IMG/VR virus record: IMGVR_UViG_3300021440_000026
Span: 1 to 58,672 of that record
DNA length: 58,672 nucleotides
Source of the DNA: a virus
Taxonomy: Duplodnaviria; Caudoviricetes
Strand: one strand, 5' to 3'
Positions within the stretch are counted from its first letter, which is position 1. Each line of letters starts with the position of its first letter. Position numbers and translations under genes: made by a program. Of the stretch, positions 46,407 to 56,550 are shown in pieces. A model generated the notes under the pieces. The model worked only from the letters and a program-made list of their open reading frames with translations. It was not told the DNA's origin and made no database searches.

Positions 46407-46781
46407 ATGCCGCGTTGTCAAGCAATTGCAAAATCAGGAAAGCAATGCGGTCAACCTGCTGTGCACGGAAAACAACACTGCTGGAACAAAGAGCATCACA
46501 ATTTTTCGGCGGGCAAAACTGTTGCAAAAAAGCGCGTGCGGAAACAAAAACCGAAAGCGGTTGCAGAAGTGAAAAAAGAAGTTGTTAATACGCCCACAGT
46601 AAAAAAAATGCAGCAAAAAACGGAGCCAATTAAAAAAACCGTTGCCAAAAAACAGGCTAAAAAGCAAGATTATTCGGCAATTTTTACGCCAGATGTAAAA
46701 CGAGAAATTTTAGTAATCTGGGATAAAATCATCCTAGATTTCTGGAAGGGTATGCAAATAAAGCATCAGATTAGTGTGTAA
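46407..46781 (+). CDS. Cys/His zinc-finger protein with Lys-rich tail
   Basis: RCQAIAKSGKQCGQPA...HC...H followed by VAKK repeats. Confidence 0.55.
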   Translation: MPRCQAIAKSGKQCGQPAVHGKQHCWNKEHHNFSAGKTVAKKRVRKQKPKAVAEVKKEVVNTPTVKKMQQKTEPIKKTVAKKQAKKQDYSAIFTPDVKREILVIWDKIILDFWKGMQIKHQISV

Positions 46782-47302
46782 ATTTAAATTAAAGGAAAAA
46801 CATGCACGAAAATATTGAACCGTTATATGACGAACCAAAGCAACCAAAACTTTTTTTTAATGAAAAATACCCTTTTGTTGGAGAAACCATTGGCATGCGC
46901 ATTGCTAGATTGCAATCTGAAATTGATAAATTAAAAAAGTAAAAGACCAATTAGCCGCACCAAACGGTTTAATTAGTGCCTGATATATTCAAAGAAACGT
47001 TTTTCTTCTTGCGAAACCAGCATTTCAATATCCATGCTAGTTTCGCAATCTGAAATTGTCCGTGCCAGCTCATACGCTTGATCGTAATTGTGCGCTTCTA
47101 TAAATTTGTGGACATGCTCAATAATGCGTTCGTCAGTCATTGCAATGCCTTTTTTGCAAATATCCTTGTTCATGTTCAATAACTAATAATTCCATTTCCA
47201 TGGATATTAAGTTATTTTTCATACGGCGCAAATATGAAATTGCCCCATCGTAATCGTTTTGCGCCATGAGGTTTTTTGCGCATTCTGAAAGTTCAATATC
47301 GG

Positions 47303-47620
47303 TCATTTTAAAATCACCTTTAAAAACAACAAAACAACTGAAATAAAACTCATTGCATTTACTATATGCAATATTTTTACGCTTCGTTTTAAGTTTGCAT
47401 TTTCAATTCTCAAATCATAATTTTCCTGAGCAATTTCATCCGAAAACGTGTTAAGCCCAATTGTTGGTTCTTTGTAAATATTATGGCACAAAGAAGAGTT
47501 GCGCAAATTCGCACAGCTCATCATTGCCATTTCATTTCTCAATTTATTGTCAATTTGGCTTGTATTTAATGCTTCAATCATTTTTGTATAGTCCCAATTA
47601 TAGATAGAATTATCACTCAT
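47303..47620 (-). CDS. Hypothetical protein with C-terminal TM helix
   Basis: 105 aa; AAGGTG RBS. Confidence 0.5.
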   Translation of the reverse strand: MSDNSIYNWDYTKMIEALNTSQIDNKLRNEMAMMSCANLRNSSLCHNIYKEPTIGLNTFSDEIAQENYDLRIENANLKRSVKILHIVNAMSFISVVLLFLKVILK

Positions 47621-48097
47621 ATATCACCTTGTAAAATAAAGAACAACAGCACCAAAAATAAAACACACCCCAGAAACAACATAAACCATGGAATCCACAT
47701 CGTAATTATCACTCATAACATCATTACGGATTCGCGAGAGAAATTCTTTAATTTTACGCATAGCATTCCCCTTTCAAAGATTTTGCCTGATCCAGCACCA
47801 TTTTCCTATTATTCTCCCGTTCAGCTTGTCGCTTTTTAGCCACTGCAAACGATTTTAGCTTGCGTTCGTTTTCGAGCTTGGCTTTGTATTTTCCACCGTA
47901 TTTTTCGTCCCATGCGTTCATTTTTCGCTTACGCTAAAAAAACAGGTTGATCGGAATGCAGCGGCATAGGTGACCCATGCGCAAATTCAATCGGCAAAAA
48001 CATAGCGCGCCCTTTATCATCAAACCCAACAACGCGATACCGCACTGTTTTCATTTCAGACAAGTAAAATTCTTGGTTTATTTGCATGCTATTCTCC

Positions 48098-48253
48098 TTA
48101 TTTATCACATTTGCTTGTAAGAACAGTATCAGCAAGTTCTTTACCCATTTGTTTGCAAAGTTGTTCGTGTTTTAAATATGAGCAAACTGTAAAAAAGACA
48201 ATAAAAACAAAGCACATTAAAACAAAAGTGATGGCGTTTTTGACTAATTTCAT
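48098..48253 (-). CDS. Small membrane protein
   Basis: ATG 48253 after AAGGAG and promoter cassette 1; one TM helix. Confidence 0.55.
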   Translation of the reverse strand: MKLVKNAITFVLMCFVFIVFFTVCSYLKHEQLCKQMGKELADTVLTSKCDK

Positions 48254-48302
48254 TTTATTTCTCCTTTGTTTATGACTTCGCGTCTGCGTCGTCCATGTGT
48301 TA

Positions 48303-48331
48303 ATAATAGTCCTTAATCTTTTACGCGTCAA
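48303..48331 (-). promoter_or_regulatory. Early promoter cassette 1
   Basis: TTGACG-17-TATTAT with AT-rich UP element. Confidence 0.75.
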
Positions 48332-48567
48332 GAATTATTTATCAATCGATGTTGTTTTAACATCGCAGGCTCATCACCGATTAGATCATCACGCCCAAGT
48401 CTGCGCAGGGCAGCAATCACGCTTGGACGGCTAGCGTATTGATCGGTGCCACGCAGACGTTTACAGAGCCCATACGCCGTTAAATGTCCTCCCGCATCCC
48501 GATTGTCGATAATTGTTTGCGCCGCGCTTATAGCGTGTTTTGATGTGTTGCCGTGTAGTTTTTTCAT
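48328..48567 (-). CDS. Putative HTH protein
   Basis: LTAYGLCKRL......SRPSVIAALRRLG. Confidence 0.5.
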   Translation of the reverse strand: MKKLHGNTSKHAISAAQTIIDNRDAGGHLTAYGLCKRLRGTDQYASRPSVIAALRRLGRDDLIGDEPAMLKQHRLINNS

Positions 48568-48576
48568 GTAATCCCT

Positions 48577-48876
48577 TTAAAATGTTATTAAAAAATCTTC
48601 TGCTACTAAAATCTCGAGCTTAAAAGATAACATGACCACGTGAGCTGTATTTTTCGCATAGAGTTTTTTTAAAATATTTACACGATGAAAATTTACCGTG
48701 CGCTCACTAATCCCAAGCCGATCCGATATTGCAAAAGTTTTTTCGCCAGCCGCGACAAAAAGCAAAACTTGCGATTCGCGCTCTGTCAATTCTTTCATTG
48801 TGTGTCGTTGATACGTTGCGTTTTTACAACGTAAAACTATTTGCTTTTTTAGATAATTTAATCTTTCATCGTTCAT
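48577..48876 (-). CDS. Stand-alone LuxR/GerE-type HTH protein
   Basis: LTERESQVLLFVAAG....ISDRLGISERTVNFHRVNILKKL.AKN. Confidence 0.9.
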   Translation of the reverse strand: MNDERLNYLKKQIVLRCKNATYQRHTMKELTERESQVLLFVAAGEKTFAISDRLGISERTVNFHRVNILKKLYAKNTAHVVMLSFKLEILVAEDFLITF

Positions 48877-48959
48877 ACCACACCCCCCCCACCCATTTAA
48901 TTATAAATTAGCTTACTTACCAACAATTTCACTAATTGTTTGAATAATTTTTTAATTTA

Positions 48960-49217
48960 TTAACGCCAAGCGTTAAATTTAGCTCCTTTTTCAAGACCGT
49001 TTGCTTGGGCTTGCGCTTTAAGCATATCTTCGTCAACTGTTGCGCCGTTGCTTTCGATAGCACTGTTAAGAACGGTTTCTTCTTCTTCCGTCAAATTGCT
49101 AATTGAATACGTATCTGCAATATGCGATGCATCGTCCCAGTCGCTCCATTTGCTATCGTTAATATTGTTGTTATCTTCGACTGCTAAAACTGCTTGTTTT
49201 AAGTTTGCGTATGTCAT
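48960..49217 (-). CDS. Small acidic early protein
   Basis: 85 aa Asp/Glu-rich; promoter cassette 2 and AAGGAG RBS. Confidence 0.7.
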   Translation of the reverse strand: MTYANLKQAVLAVEDNNNINDSKWSDWDDASHIADTYSISNLTEEEETVLNSAIESNGATVDEDMLKAQAQANGLEKGAKFNAWR

Positions 49218-49267
49218 TTTAGTTCTCCTTGTTTTATCGTCAGCACAATTGCTGAATCGATGTATGT

Positions 49268-49296
49268 ATCTTACTACTCAATCTTTACCGCGTCAA
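49268..49296 (-). promoter_or_regulatory. Early promoter cassette 2
   Basis: TTGACG-17-TAAGAT. Confidence 0.75.
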
Positions 49297-49615
49297 GTAT
49301 TTATTTGATGCTGTTGCAAACGCACACAATAAAAACACAATAAAGAAAGAATAATTATAAAAATCAACGTGTTACGCCAATTTGCAAAAAATTTCTCGTT
49401 TAAAATGAAGAAAGAATCAAGAAACCTACAGCAGACAAGACATTCACTAAACTTATAACTAAACCATACGAGTGCAAAAATCACCGAGTTTATATTTTTG
49501 TGTTATGCGTTTGAGTTATAACACATGATTATCTGCTATCAGATTGCAAAAAGATATTGAGAATAGTTATAACGCGCAAATATCCGGTTACAAATACGCA
49601 CGCGTTATATTAGTG

Positions 49616-49897
49616 CTATTGCTCTACGCTTTTCAAAAAATAACTGTGAATTTGTCGCACAAGGTAAACTAGTGTTGTTTGCCACCCACTTGCACACTCG
49701 TTGCGCAGCACGCGATCAATCAAATCAATAAGTTCTTTGCTCGTGCGAACATCATGCGGGTGGTCGATCCCATGCGTCATTAAATAACGCATCCACATTG
49801 ATCCCTGTGGATTGTTTTTAAGCCATTCAACAAGTGTTATTTTGTCTGTTGTATTTAATTCTGTTTTTAGTTTGGCAAACAATTTTTGTGCGCTCAT
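49616..49897 (-). CDS. Hypothetical protein
   Basis: 93-aa ORF co-oriented in the early block. Confidence 0.55.
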   Translation of the reverse strand: MSAQKLFAKLKTELNTTDKITLVEWLKNNPQGSMWMRYLMTHGIDHPHDVRTSKELIDLIDRVLRNECASGWQTTLVYLVRQIHSYFLKSVEQ

Positions 49898-49920
49898 TTT
49901 ATGTTATCCGGTTATTAAAA

Positions 49921-50160
49921 TTAGCAGACAATTGCAAAAACGGATGTGTCTTTTGTTGGGCGTGTTTCTGTTGCTACAATTTCTTGCATTTTAATTTTTT
50001 TAATTGATTTGCGAATAATTGACGCACTTGATTTGTCGCTTGTAACAATCATAATCAAACCACTTGCTACTGTAATTTCTGCTTTAACTCCAAACAATTT
50101 TAATTTTGTCATGCTGTCAGCAAAACGAACTGCAAACATTTCTTTTGTATTTGTAATCAT
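49921..50160 (-). CDS. Hypothetical early protein
   Basis: ATG 50160 after GGGAG and promoter cassette 3. Confidence 0.6.
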   Translation of the reverse strand: MITNTKEMFAVRFADSMTKLKLFGVKAEITVASGLIMIVTSDKSSASIIRKSIKKIKMQEIVATETRPTKDTSVFAIVC

Positions 50161-50209
50161 TTTGACTCTCCCGTTATTGTCAGCACGTTGTGCGCTGTCC
50201 ATGTGTTAC

Positions 50210-50238
50210 ATCATAGCCCTGTTTGTTTTACTCGTCAA
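50210..50238 (-). promoter_or_regulatory. Early promoter cassette 3
   Basis: TTGACG-17-TATGAT. Confidence 0.75.
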
Positions 50239-50870
50239 GCATTATTTATGATGTTGTATTCCCACACGTTGCAAAAATCCAGTTTATTTAACATGGCACC
50301 CAGCCCAAGCCAATTACCTCGAATTCAAGTGGATTAAAAATTCCAACAACAGAGTTATCATGATTTCTTTCCATAAATTCCCGCATCATTATGAATTTTA
50401 TTCGTGTTGTGTGGGTAACTCATAATGATTATGCGTTTTTTGCATAATGTTTCGATGAATTGGCTTTTGTTGTGTTGGTTATTTGTAATTATTGCTTTGG
50501 CTGAATGCGGGATAAAATAAACAAAAGCATTTGCAATCAGGCACTTACATTCCAATGATGCGCAAAAACAACGCTATGCAAAAATAGCATTAGTAAATGG
50601 TCGAATCCTGCCGTATAGTGCTCTATATAGTCTTTTTACGTTGACACTACAAAAGACCGCTGAAAAAGCTGCGCTCAACCAGCCGCTATGGCTTCCGTTT
50701 TAATGTGTAAAATCATGTATACTTAAATTAGCTAGCTTAGCGATATTGCATAAACACGCTAATTTAGCTATAATATGTGCGGCTATCAATACGCCATACG
50801 CCTCTGCACTGTGTGTACGCGTTTGGTATCATTATGTTTTATTTGCATAATATAATTTAAAACGGAAATA

Positions 50871-51221
50871 ATGCGCGAAATTAAAGATATGCTAACAGAA
50901 TGGGCGGCTTATTTTGTTGACAATTACAAAGTAAATGGATACCCCAAGCAATCCGCATTTGTCAACGAGCGCGTGCAAGATAACAACAGATCGACGGAGA
51001 GCTATGTTGACCGTGATTTGCCCGCTGACGCAAAAGCGGTTGACGCTGAGATAGCGGCAATGTCACCGCCGCACCGCGCAATCATACGTGAGCATTACAC
51101 AAAGCGAGGATCGATGCGGGAGCATGCTAAAAACTTAAAACTTAACGCAGCAACATACTGTACAGTGTTGCGTTTTATCCACGATCACCTTGCCCACAAA
51201 TTAAATGCAAAAAATACTTGA
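50871..51221 (+). CDS. Q-like late antiterminator
   Basis: L.EWA......GYP.QS.F, VD..I..M....R..I..HY; followed by a promoter and terminator before terS. Confidence 0.7.
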   Translation: MREIKDMLTEWAAYFVDNYKVNGYPKQSAFVNERVQDNNRSTESYVDRDLPADAKAVDAEIAAMSPPHRAIIREHYTKRGSMREHAKNLKLNAATYCTVLRFIHDHLAHKLNAKNT

Positions 51222-51246
51222 CGCAACAAAAATGTTTAATCATAAT
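51218..51246 (+). promoter_or_regulatory. Late promoter (pR'-like)
   Basis: TTGACG-17-CATAAT. Confidence 0.75.
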
Positions 51247-51318
51247 GTGGTTTAATTTAGTATTGTTGAGTTTTTTGCTGTAAAGAATTGATTTCTCCCG
51301 CTCGTAACAACGAGCTTT

Positions 51319-51348
51319 GCCCCACGCGTAAAAATGTGGGGCTTTTTT
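51319..51348 (+). terminator. Intrinsic terminator (tR'-like)
   Basis: GCCCCACG..TGTGGGGC hairpin plus T tract. Confidence 0.8.
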
Positions 51349-51378
51349 ATTTGTATTTTACTAATGAGGCGTTGAATA

Positions 51379-51720
51379 ATGTCTGAAATAATCACACCAA
51401 AAAAAAGGAAAGCCCCTAGAACCGCGTTTAAGCCTGGGCAATGTCCCAACCCGAGCGGCAGACCAAAACGATCCGCCGAGGAAATTGATTTAATTGCTGC
51501 TTGCAAAACAAAAGCCGCATCTGCATTAAATGTTATTTGCGAAATTATGCAAAACGGGCAACAAGAAAAAAACAAATTATTGGCAGCACAATATATTATT
51601 GATCGTGCATTTGGTAAAGCCACGCAAGCGGTTGATATGACACTTGGCGGAAAAATTACTGTAAATGTCAATACAATTAGTGATGAAGAATTAGCAAGTA
51701 TTGCCGCAGGTGCTGAATAA
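51379..51720 (+). CDS. terS: Terminase small subunit (DUF5681-like)
   Basis: FKPGQCPNPSGRPK, AAQYIIDRAFGK; upstream of terL. Confidence 0.8.
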   Translation: MSEIITPKKRKAPRTAFKPGQCPNPSGRPKRSAEEIDLIAACKTKAASALNVICEIMQNGQQEKNKLLAAQYIIDRAFGKATQAVDMTLGGKITVNVNTISDEELASIAAGAE

Positions 51721-51740
51721 TTTTTACGCACTTTTAACAC

Positions 51741-53360
51741 GTGACTATATCTAAGCAAGATGCTGCGCGCGAGTTACTGCGGCGCAGAAAAGCCAGAGAA
51801 TCGTTGATTGGGTATGTAAATGCTATTGATATACCCGGCAAGCCAATTTCTGACGACGCGGACGAGTGGATATTTCGCCCTGTTGAAACAACGGTAGCAG
51901 ATCATCACAGAGTGATCCTAGAGGCATGCCAGCGTACTATTGATAAGCCCTATGGTAGGCTGATGATATTTGCGCCGCCCGGATCGGCAAAATCAACGTA
52001 TGGCAGTGTTGTTGTGCCAACGTGGTGCATGGGTAGAGAAACAGGGTATAAAATTATTCTTGCGTCGTATGGCTCTGACTTGGCGCGCAAGCATGGAAGA
52101 CGTGCAAGACAAATTGTAAAGTCTGATAAATATCAATCAATTTTCGGCTGTGGAATATCTGCTGATAATGCGTCAGTCGAGCAATGGAGCATCACCAATG
52201 GCAGCGAGTATATGTCCTGCGGGATTATGTCCGGCATTACGGGGAATCGCGCTAATGGAATTATTATTGATGACCCCGTAAAAGGACGCGAAGAGGCTGA
52301 ATCGGAAACAATTCGGTCGCGCACGATTGACGCGTATGAAGATGATTTAAAAACACGTCTGTTGCCCGGCGGTTGGATTATCTTAATACAAACCCGTTGG
52401 CATGTAAACGATCTGGCTGGTTGTATTTTGCCAGAAAATTGGAATGGGCAAAGCGGCATGATCAAATGCAGGGATGGGTTTGATTGGGAGGTTATTTGCC
52501 TATCCGCAAAATGCGATGATGTGAATGATCCGCTATGTCGTAATATTGGCGAATATATCTGGCCGGAGTGGTTCGACAAAAAACACTGGTCACAGTTTGA
52601 GGCTGACGAATCCTCTACCCCGCTAAAAAAACGCAGTTGGGCATCACTCTATCAGCAGCGTCCAACAGTGCAAGGTGGCAGTATTTTGCATGCGGATCAA
52701 TTTAAGTTGTGGAAAAATGACCTGCCGCATTTTGATTACATCCTGCAAAGTTATGATACTGCTTTTACAGAAAAGACGCAAAATGACCCAACAGCATGTA
52801 CTGTGTGGGGCGTATTTACGCACAACAAACAAAAGTGCGTGTTGTTACTGGATGTGTGGGCGGATCACTTGGAGTATACGCCACTGCGGCAGCGCGTGAT
52901 TGATGACTGGCAAGCAAAGTACGGCGGCAATAAAAACGACGTGCAAAATACCCCTCGCAGAGTAGACGCTATTATCGTCGAAGAAAAAGGCAGCGGAATA
53001 AGCTTAATTCAGGATTTGCGCCGTGCAAAAGTGCCTGTTATATCGTATAATCCGGGGAAAGCAGACAAAATCAGCCGTGCCAATCAGATTGCGCCAATAT
53101 TGGACGTAGAATGCGTTTATGTGCTCGAATCAGCCAAACAACCAACATTACCAATATCATGGGCTAGACCGTTTTTAAAGCAGTGCGAGCAATTCCCAAA
53201 CGGCAAGAACGACGACATGATCGATACAATGACGCAAGCGTTAATATGGTTACGCGATAACAACATGCTGATGTTGCCGATTGCTGAAGATGACGAGGTT
53301 GAAGAAATAGATTACAATCAACGCAGGAATAACACAAATAGGAACCCGTATGATTGTTAA
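51741..53360 (+). CDS. terL: Terminase large subunit
   Basis: APPGSAKST Walker A, IIIDDP Walker B, IQTRWH, SYDTA, DDMIDTMTQA nuclease motifs. Confidence 0.97.
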   Translation: MTISKQDAARELLRRRKARESLIGYVNAIDIPGKPISDDADEWIFRPVETTVADHHRVILEACQRTIDKPYGRLMIFAPPGSAKSTYGSVVVPTWCMGRETGYKIILASYGSDLARKHGRRARQIVKSDKYQSIFGCGISADNASVEQWSITNGSEYMSCGIMSGITGNRANGIIIDDPVKGREEAESETIRSRTIDAYEDDLKTRLLPGGWIILIQTRWHVNDLAGCILPENWNGQSGMIKCRDGFDWEVICLSAKCDDVNDPLCRNIGEYIWPEWFDKKHWSQFEADESSTPLKKRSWASLYQQRPTVQGGSILHADQFKLWKNDLPHFDYILQSYDTAFTEKTQNDPTACTVWGVFTHNKQKCVLLLDVWADHLEYTPLRQRVIDDWQAKYGGNKNDVQNTPRRVDAIIVEEKGSGISLIQDLRRAKVPVISYNPGKADKISRANQIAPILDVECVYVLESAKQPTLPISWARPFLKQCEQFPNGKNDDMIDTMTQALIWLRDNNMLMLPIAEDDEVEEIDYNQRRNNTNRNPYDC

Positions 53361-53718
53361 ATGTATTGAAGAAAAGTCATTATGGGTATGTTTTGACGAT
53401 GAACGTTATTCTGTTGGGCGAACGGAAGAGAGTGCTAAAAAGAATTATGCGGGCGGAATGTTTTTTAATATGTCCTGCCCTTTGCCTTATATTGCCGATT
53501 TAGATGATATTCCAAAATGCGAAACAATTGAGGAAATGTTGCAGATGTGCGACCAAAGAATTGCGATTAAAAAAATAATTGGCAAAGAAGTTTTTGAAAA
53601 AGCTAATACAAAGCAAGAGTTGAGAAAAATGAGAGAAGATTTAGAATTATTAAAGTGTCATCACAAACAGCGTGACGAAAAAAGTAAATTCTCATTTTTT
53701 AAAATATTTAGTAAATGA
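53350..53718 (+). CDS. Hypothetical protein between terL and portal
   Basis: 122 aa followed by a terminator-like hairpin. Confidence 0.55.
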   Translation: MIVKCIEEKSLWVCFDDERYSVGRTEESAKKNYAGGMFFNMSCPLPYIADLDDIPKCETIEEMLQMCDQRIAIKKIIGKEVFEKANTKQELRKMREDLELLKCHHKQRDEKSKFSFFKIFSK

Positions 53719-53735
53719 TTTTTAACATATCTACT

Positions 53736-53759
53736 AAGCCGCCATGTACGGCTTTTTTT
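53736..53759 (+). terminator. Intrinsic terminator
   Basis: AAGCCG..CGGCTT hairpin plus T tract. Confidence 0.65.
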
Positions 53760-53781
53760 ACGTCTAAATAAATTATACAAA

Positions 53782-56430
53782 ATGACTATTCAAGATGAAA
53801 CAGTAACGTCGAAAGATTTGCCAAAAAACCTTTTCCCTGAAGATATGGAATCTTTGGAAATTGTAGAAGATGAAGAAGACGGCGAAGGTCAAGAATTCTT
53901 GCAAAATTTAGCAGAAGTTATTGATACGGCGCAGCTTGATAAAATTGCTAATGAGTTGCTTGACTTAATCGAGAAAGACAAAAACGCGCGTGAGAAACGG
54001 GATAAGCAATATGCCGAGGGAATTAAGCGTACAGGGTTAGGAAATGAAGCACCGGGCGGCGCAGATTTTGAAGGAGCCAGTCGTGTAGTGCATCCGCTGC
54101 TCGTTGAAGGCTGTATTGATTTTTCAGCAAAAACAATGAACAACATTTTTCCACCTTCTGGCCCATGCAAGACGCAGATTATTGGAAAGGCAACTTATTA
54201 CAAGATTGACAAAGCCGAACGAAAAAAAGAATACATGAATTGGCAGCTTACGAAGCAGATTCGTGAGTATCGCTCAGAGCTAGAGCAATGTTTAACGCAA
54301 GTTCCGCTTGGCGGCAGTCAGTACATTAAAATTTGGTTTGATTCTGGCTTAAACCGTGCGCGTACGGAATTCATCCCCATAGATGATATTTATTTGCCAT
54401 TTAGTGTTTCGCACTTTTATTCATCCCATCGCGTAACGCATCGCCAGTTAATCAGCCGCAATACATTTAACGCACGAGTAAATAGCGGGTTATACGCAGA
54501 AACTGAAGTTTTTGATGCAAGCCAGATTCCTGATGTTTCAAAATCACAACAAGCCACCAACAAAATTGAAGGCAAAGAGGATTCGGCGTATAACGAGGAT
54601 GGGCTGCGCACAATCTACGAAGTGCAAGTAGATTACGCGCTGGATGATGATGTAGATGGTGGCGATTTATTGCCGTATATCATTACAATCGATGAAGCCA
54701 CGAAAACAGTATTGTCTATTTATCGCAATTGGGAAGAAAGCGACGAGCAACGATTAAAACTCGATTGGATCGTAGAGTTCGCGTTCATCCCGTGGCGTGG
54801 CGCGTATGGGATTGGATTGCCGCACATTATCGGGAGTATGTCTGGCGCACTAACTGGCGCATTGCGGTCGTTGATGGATTCGGCAATCATTGCCAATATG
54901 CCGGGCATGCTGAAGCTAAAAGGTGCACGTGTATCAGGGCAAAGCGATTCGGTAAGCCCGTGCGAGATCAAGGAGATCGAAGGCACGGCGAACATTGATG
55001 ACATCCGTAAGCTAATGATGCCATTGCCGTTCCCCGGCCCATCGCAAGTGTTGTTCCAATTGTTGGACTGGCTGACAGGTCAAGCAAAAGGCGTGGTTGC
55101 CACGGCTGACGAAAAGATTGCGGACGCAACGAGCAATATGCCAGTTGGCACTACGTTAGCATTGATTGAGCAAGGCAGCACAACGTTCTCATCCATCCAT
55201 GCGCGTATGCACGCCTCACAAGCAAAGGTGCTTGAGATTCTACATCGCATCAATGCGCAATATTTGGACGACGAAGAAACGATAGAAGAGCTTGGCGAGT
55301 TGATTGTACGCCGAGAAGATTTTACTGGCGCAATGGATGTTGTGCCTGTATCTGACCCTAATATTTTCTCATCGGCTCAACGATTTGCGCTGTATCAATC
55401 GACGCTTGAAATATTCAAGATGTTCCCGAATCAGTTTGACCAAGATGTTTTGGTGTCTGATGGAATACAGTTGCTTAACTACCCCAACAAAAAAGTATTA
55501 AAAGAAATTTACAAGCCTGAACGCTTGGAAGCAATCGAAGAAAACACAGCAGCTTCAGAAGGAAAGCCACTCAAAGCGTACGATGATCAGGATCATATTG
55601 ATCATATGCTTAAGCACATGCACTATGCTTTATCACCGATATTCTGCGCAAATCCGATTATGGCTATGCCAGCGTTACCTGCGCTTATAAACCACTGCAA
55701 AGAGCATTTAGCAATGTTCTACATGCAGAATGCGCAAGCAGCAGAGGACGCGTTTAACGAGGCTATGAATCACCCTGCATTGCAGGGGTTAGACAGAAAT
55801 GATCCTCAAGTTAAAATGCAGGCAGCAGCAATAGCAGATCAATCAATGGCGCAACAATTAGCCCCGATCATGCAGCAGTTAGAAATGGCACAGCAAGCGG
55901 CACAAAAATTCATGCCTCCACCTCCTAAAGACCCGCAAACAGAGGCATACATTCAAGTTGAGCAAGCAAAATTGCAAGCAAAAACACAATTTGACCAATC
56001 CAAACTGCAAGCTGAAATACAAAGCAAACAACAGAAGGATGCGCAAGATAATCAGCTTGCACAGCAAGAGCAACAATCGAGCCAACAAGCTGCTATAATG
56101 GCGCAAAGTGCCGAAAAAGACGCCACAGCAGCAGAGCAACAAACAAAGTTGTCGCAGATTGACAAAGAGAGCAATTTAGCTGTGATGATTGAGCAAATGC
56201 GGTTAGATGCAGAGCAACGCGCAGAAGCAAGCCGTTTGATGTTCGACAAATGGGAATTAGATCGTAAAGAGCAAAACGATTTATTGAAGCACATTTTAAC
56301 CCTTGTTAACCAGACTGGTGACAAGAATCAACCTCTTGGAGATAGTTATGAAAGACAGCAAATTGAATCAGCACAAACAAATGGCAATGGGGCAGAAAGT
56401 AACGGGGATGAAAGCGGGCGGAGCAGTTAA
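53782..56430 (+). CDS. Portal protein with long C-terminal Gln-rich barrel (P22-like)
   Basis: FEGASRVVHPLL, YMNWQL, YGIGLPH, PVGTTLALIEQG, DVVPVSDPNIFS; Gln-rich coiled tail. Confidence 0.92.
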   Translation: MTIQDETVTSKDLPKNLFPEDMESLEIVEDEEDGEGQEFLQNLAEVIDTAQLDKIANELLDLIEKDKNAREKRDKQYAEGIKRTGLGNEAPGGADFEGASRVVHPLLVEGCIDFSAKTMNNIFPPSGPCKTQIIGKATYYKIDKAERKKEYMNWQLTKQIREYRSELEQCLTQVPLGGSQYIKIWFDSGLNRARTEFIPIDDIYLPFSVSHFYSSHRVTHRQLISRNTFNARVNSGLYAETEVFDASQIPDVSKSQQATNKIEGKEDSAYNEDGLRTIYEVQVDYALDDDVDGGDLLPYIITIDEATKTVLSIYRNWEESDEQRLKLDWIVEFAFIPWRGAYGIGLPHIIGSMSGALTGALRSLMDSAIIANMPGMLKLKGARVSGQSDSVSPCEIKEIEGTANIDDIRKLMMPLPFPGPSQVLFQLLDWLTGQAKGVVATADEKIADATSNMPVGTTLALIEQGSTTFSSIHARMHASQAKVLEILHRINAQYLDDEETIEELGELIVRREDFTGAMDVVPVSDPNIFSSAQRFALYQSTLEIFKMFPNQFDQDVLVSDGIQLLNYPNKKVLKEIYKPERLEAIEENTAASEGKPLKAYDDQDHIDHMLKHMHYALSPIFCANPIMAMPALPALINHCKEHLAMFYMQNAQAAEDAFNEAMNHPALQGLDRNDPQVKMQAAAIADQSMAQQLAPIMQQLEMAQQAAQKFMPPPPKDPQTEAYIQVEQAKLQAKTQFDQSKLQAEIQSKQQKDAQDNQLAQQEQQSSQQAAIMAQSAEKDATAAEQQTKLSQIDKESNLAVMIEQMRLDAEQRAEASRLMFDKWELDRKEQNDLLKHILTLVNQTGDKNQPLGDSYERQQIESAQTNGNGAESNGDESGRSS

Positions 56431-56512
56431 AAATCCAGTCGTGCAAGCCAAGAAAGAAAACGGAATTCCAAAATATAAAGCTGGCGGCGCAATCAAAGGC
56501 AAAAAGTGTTAA
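56348..56512 (+). CDS. Small basic protein with xKAGG repeats, overlapping the portal 3' end
   Basis: GGAG RBS; MKAGGAV and YKAGGAI. Confidence 0.6.
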   Translation: MKDSKLNQHKQMAMGQKVTGMKAGGAVKNPVVQAKKENGIPKYKAGGAIKGKKC

Positions 56513-56550
56513 AATAATTTTCTCAATAACCAAGAAAGGAAAGCATTCGT

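Noticed and set aside
50358-50555. 65-aa minus-strand ORF and similar short ORFs at 49293-49484
   Set aside because: Non-ATG starts, no RBS and no motifs; probably spurious
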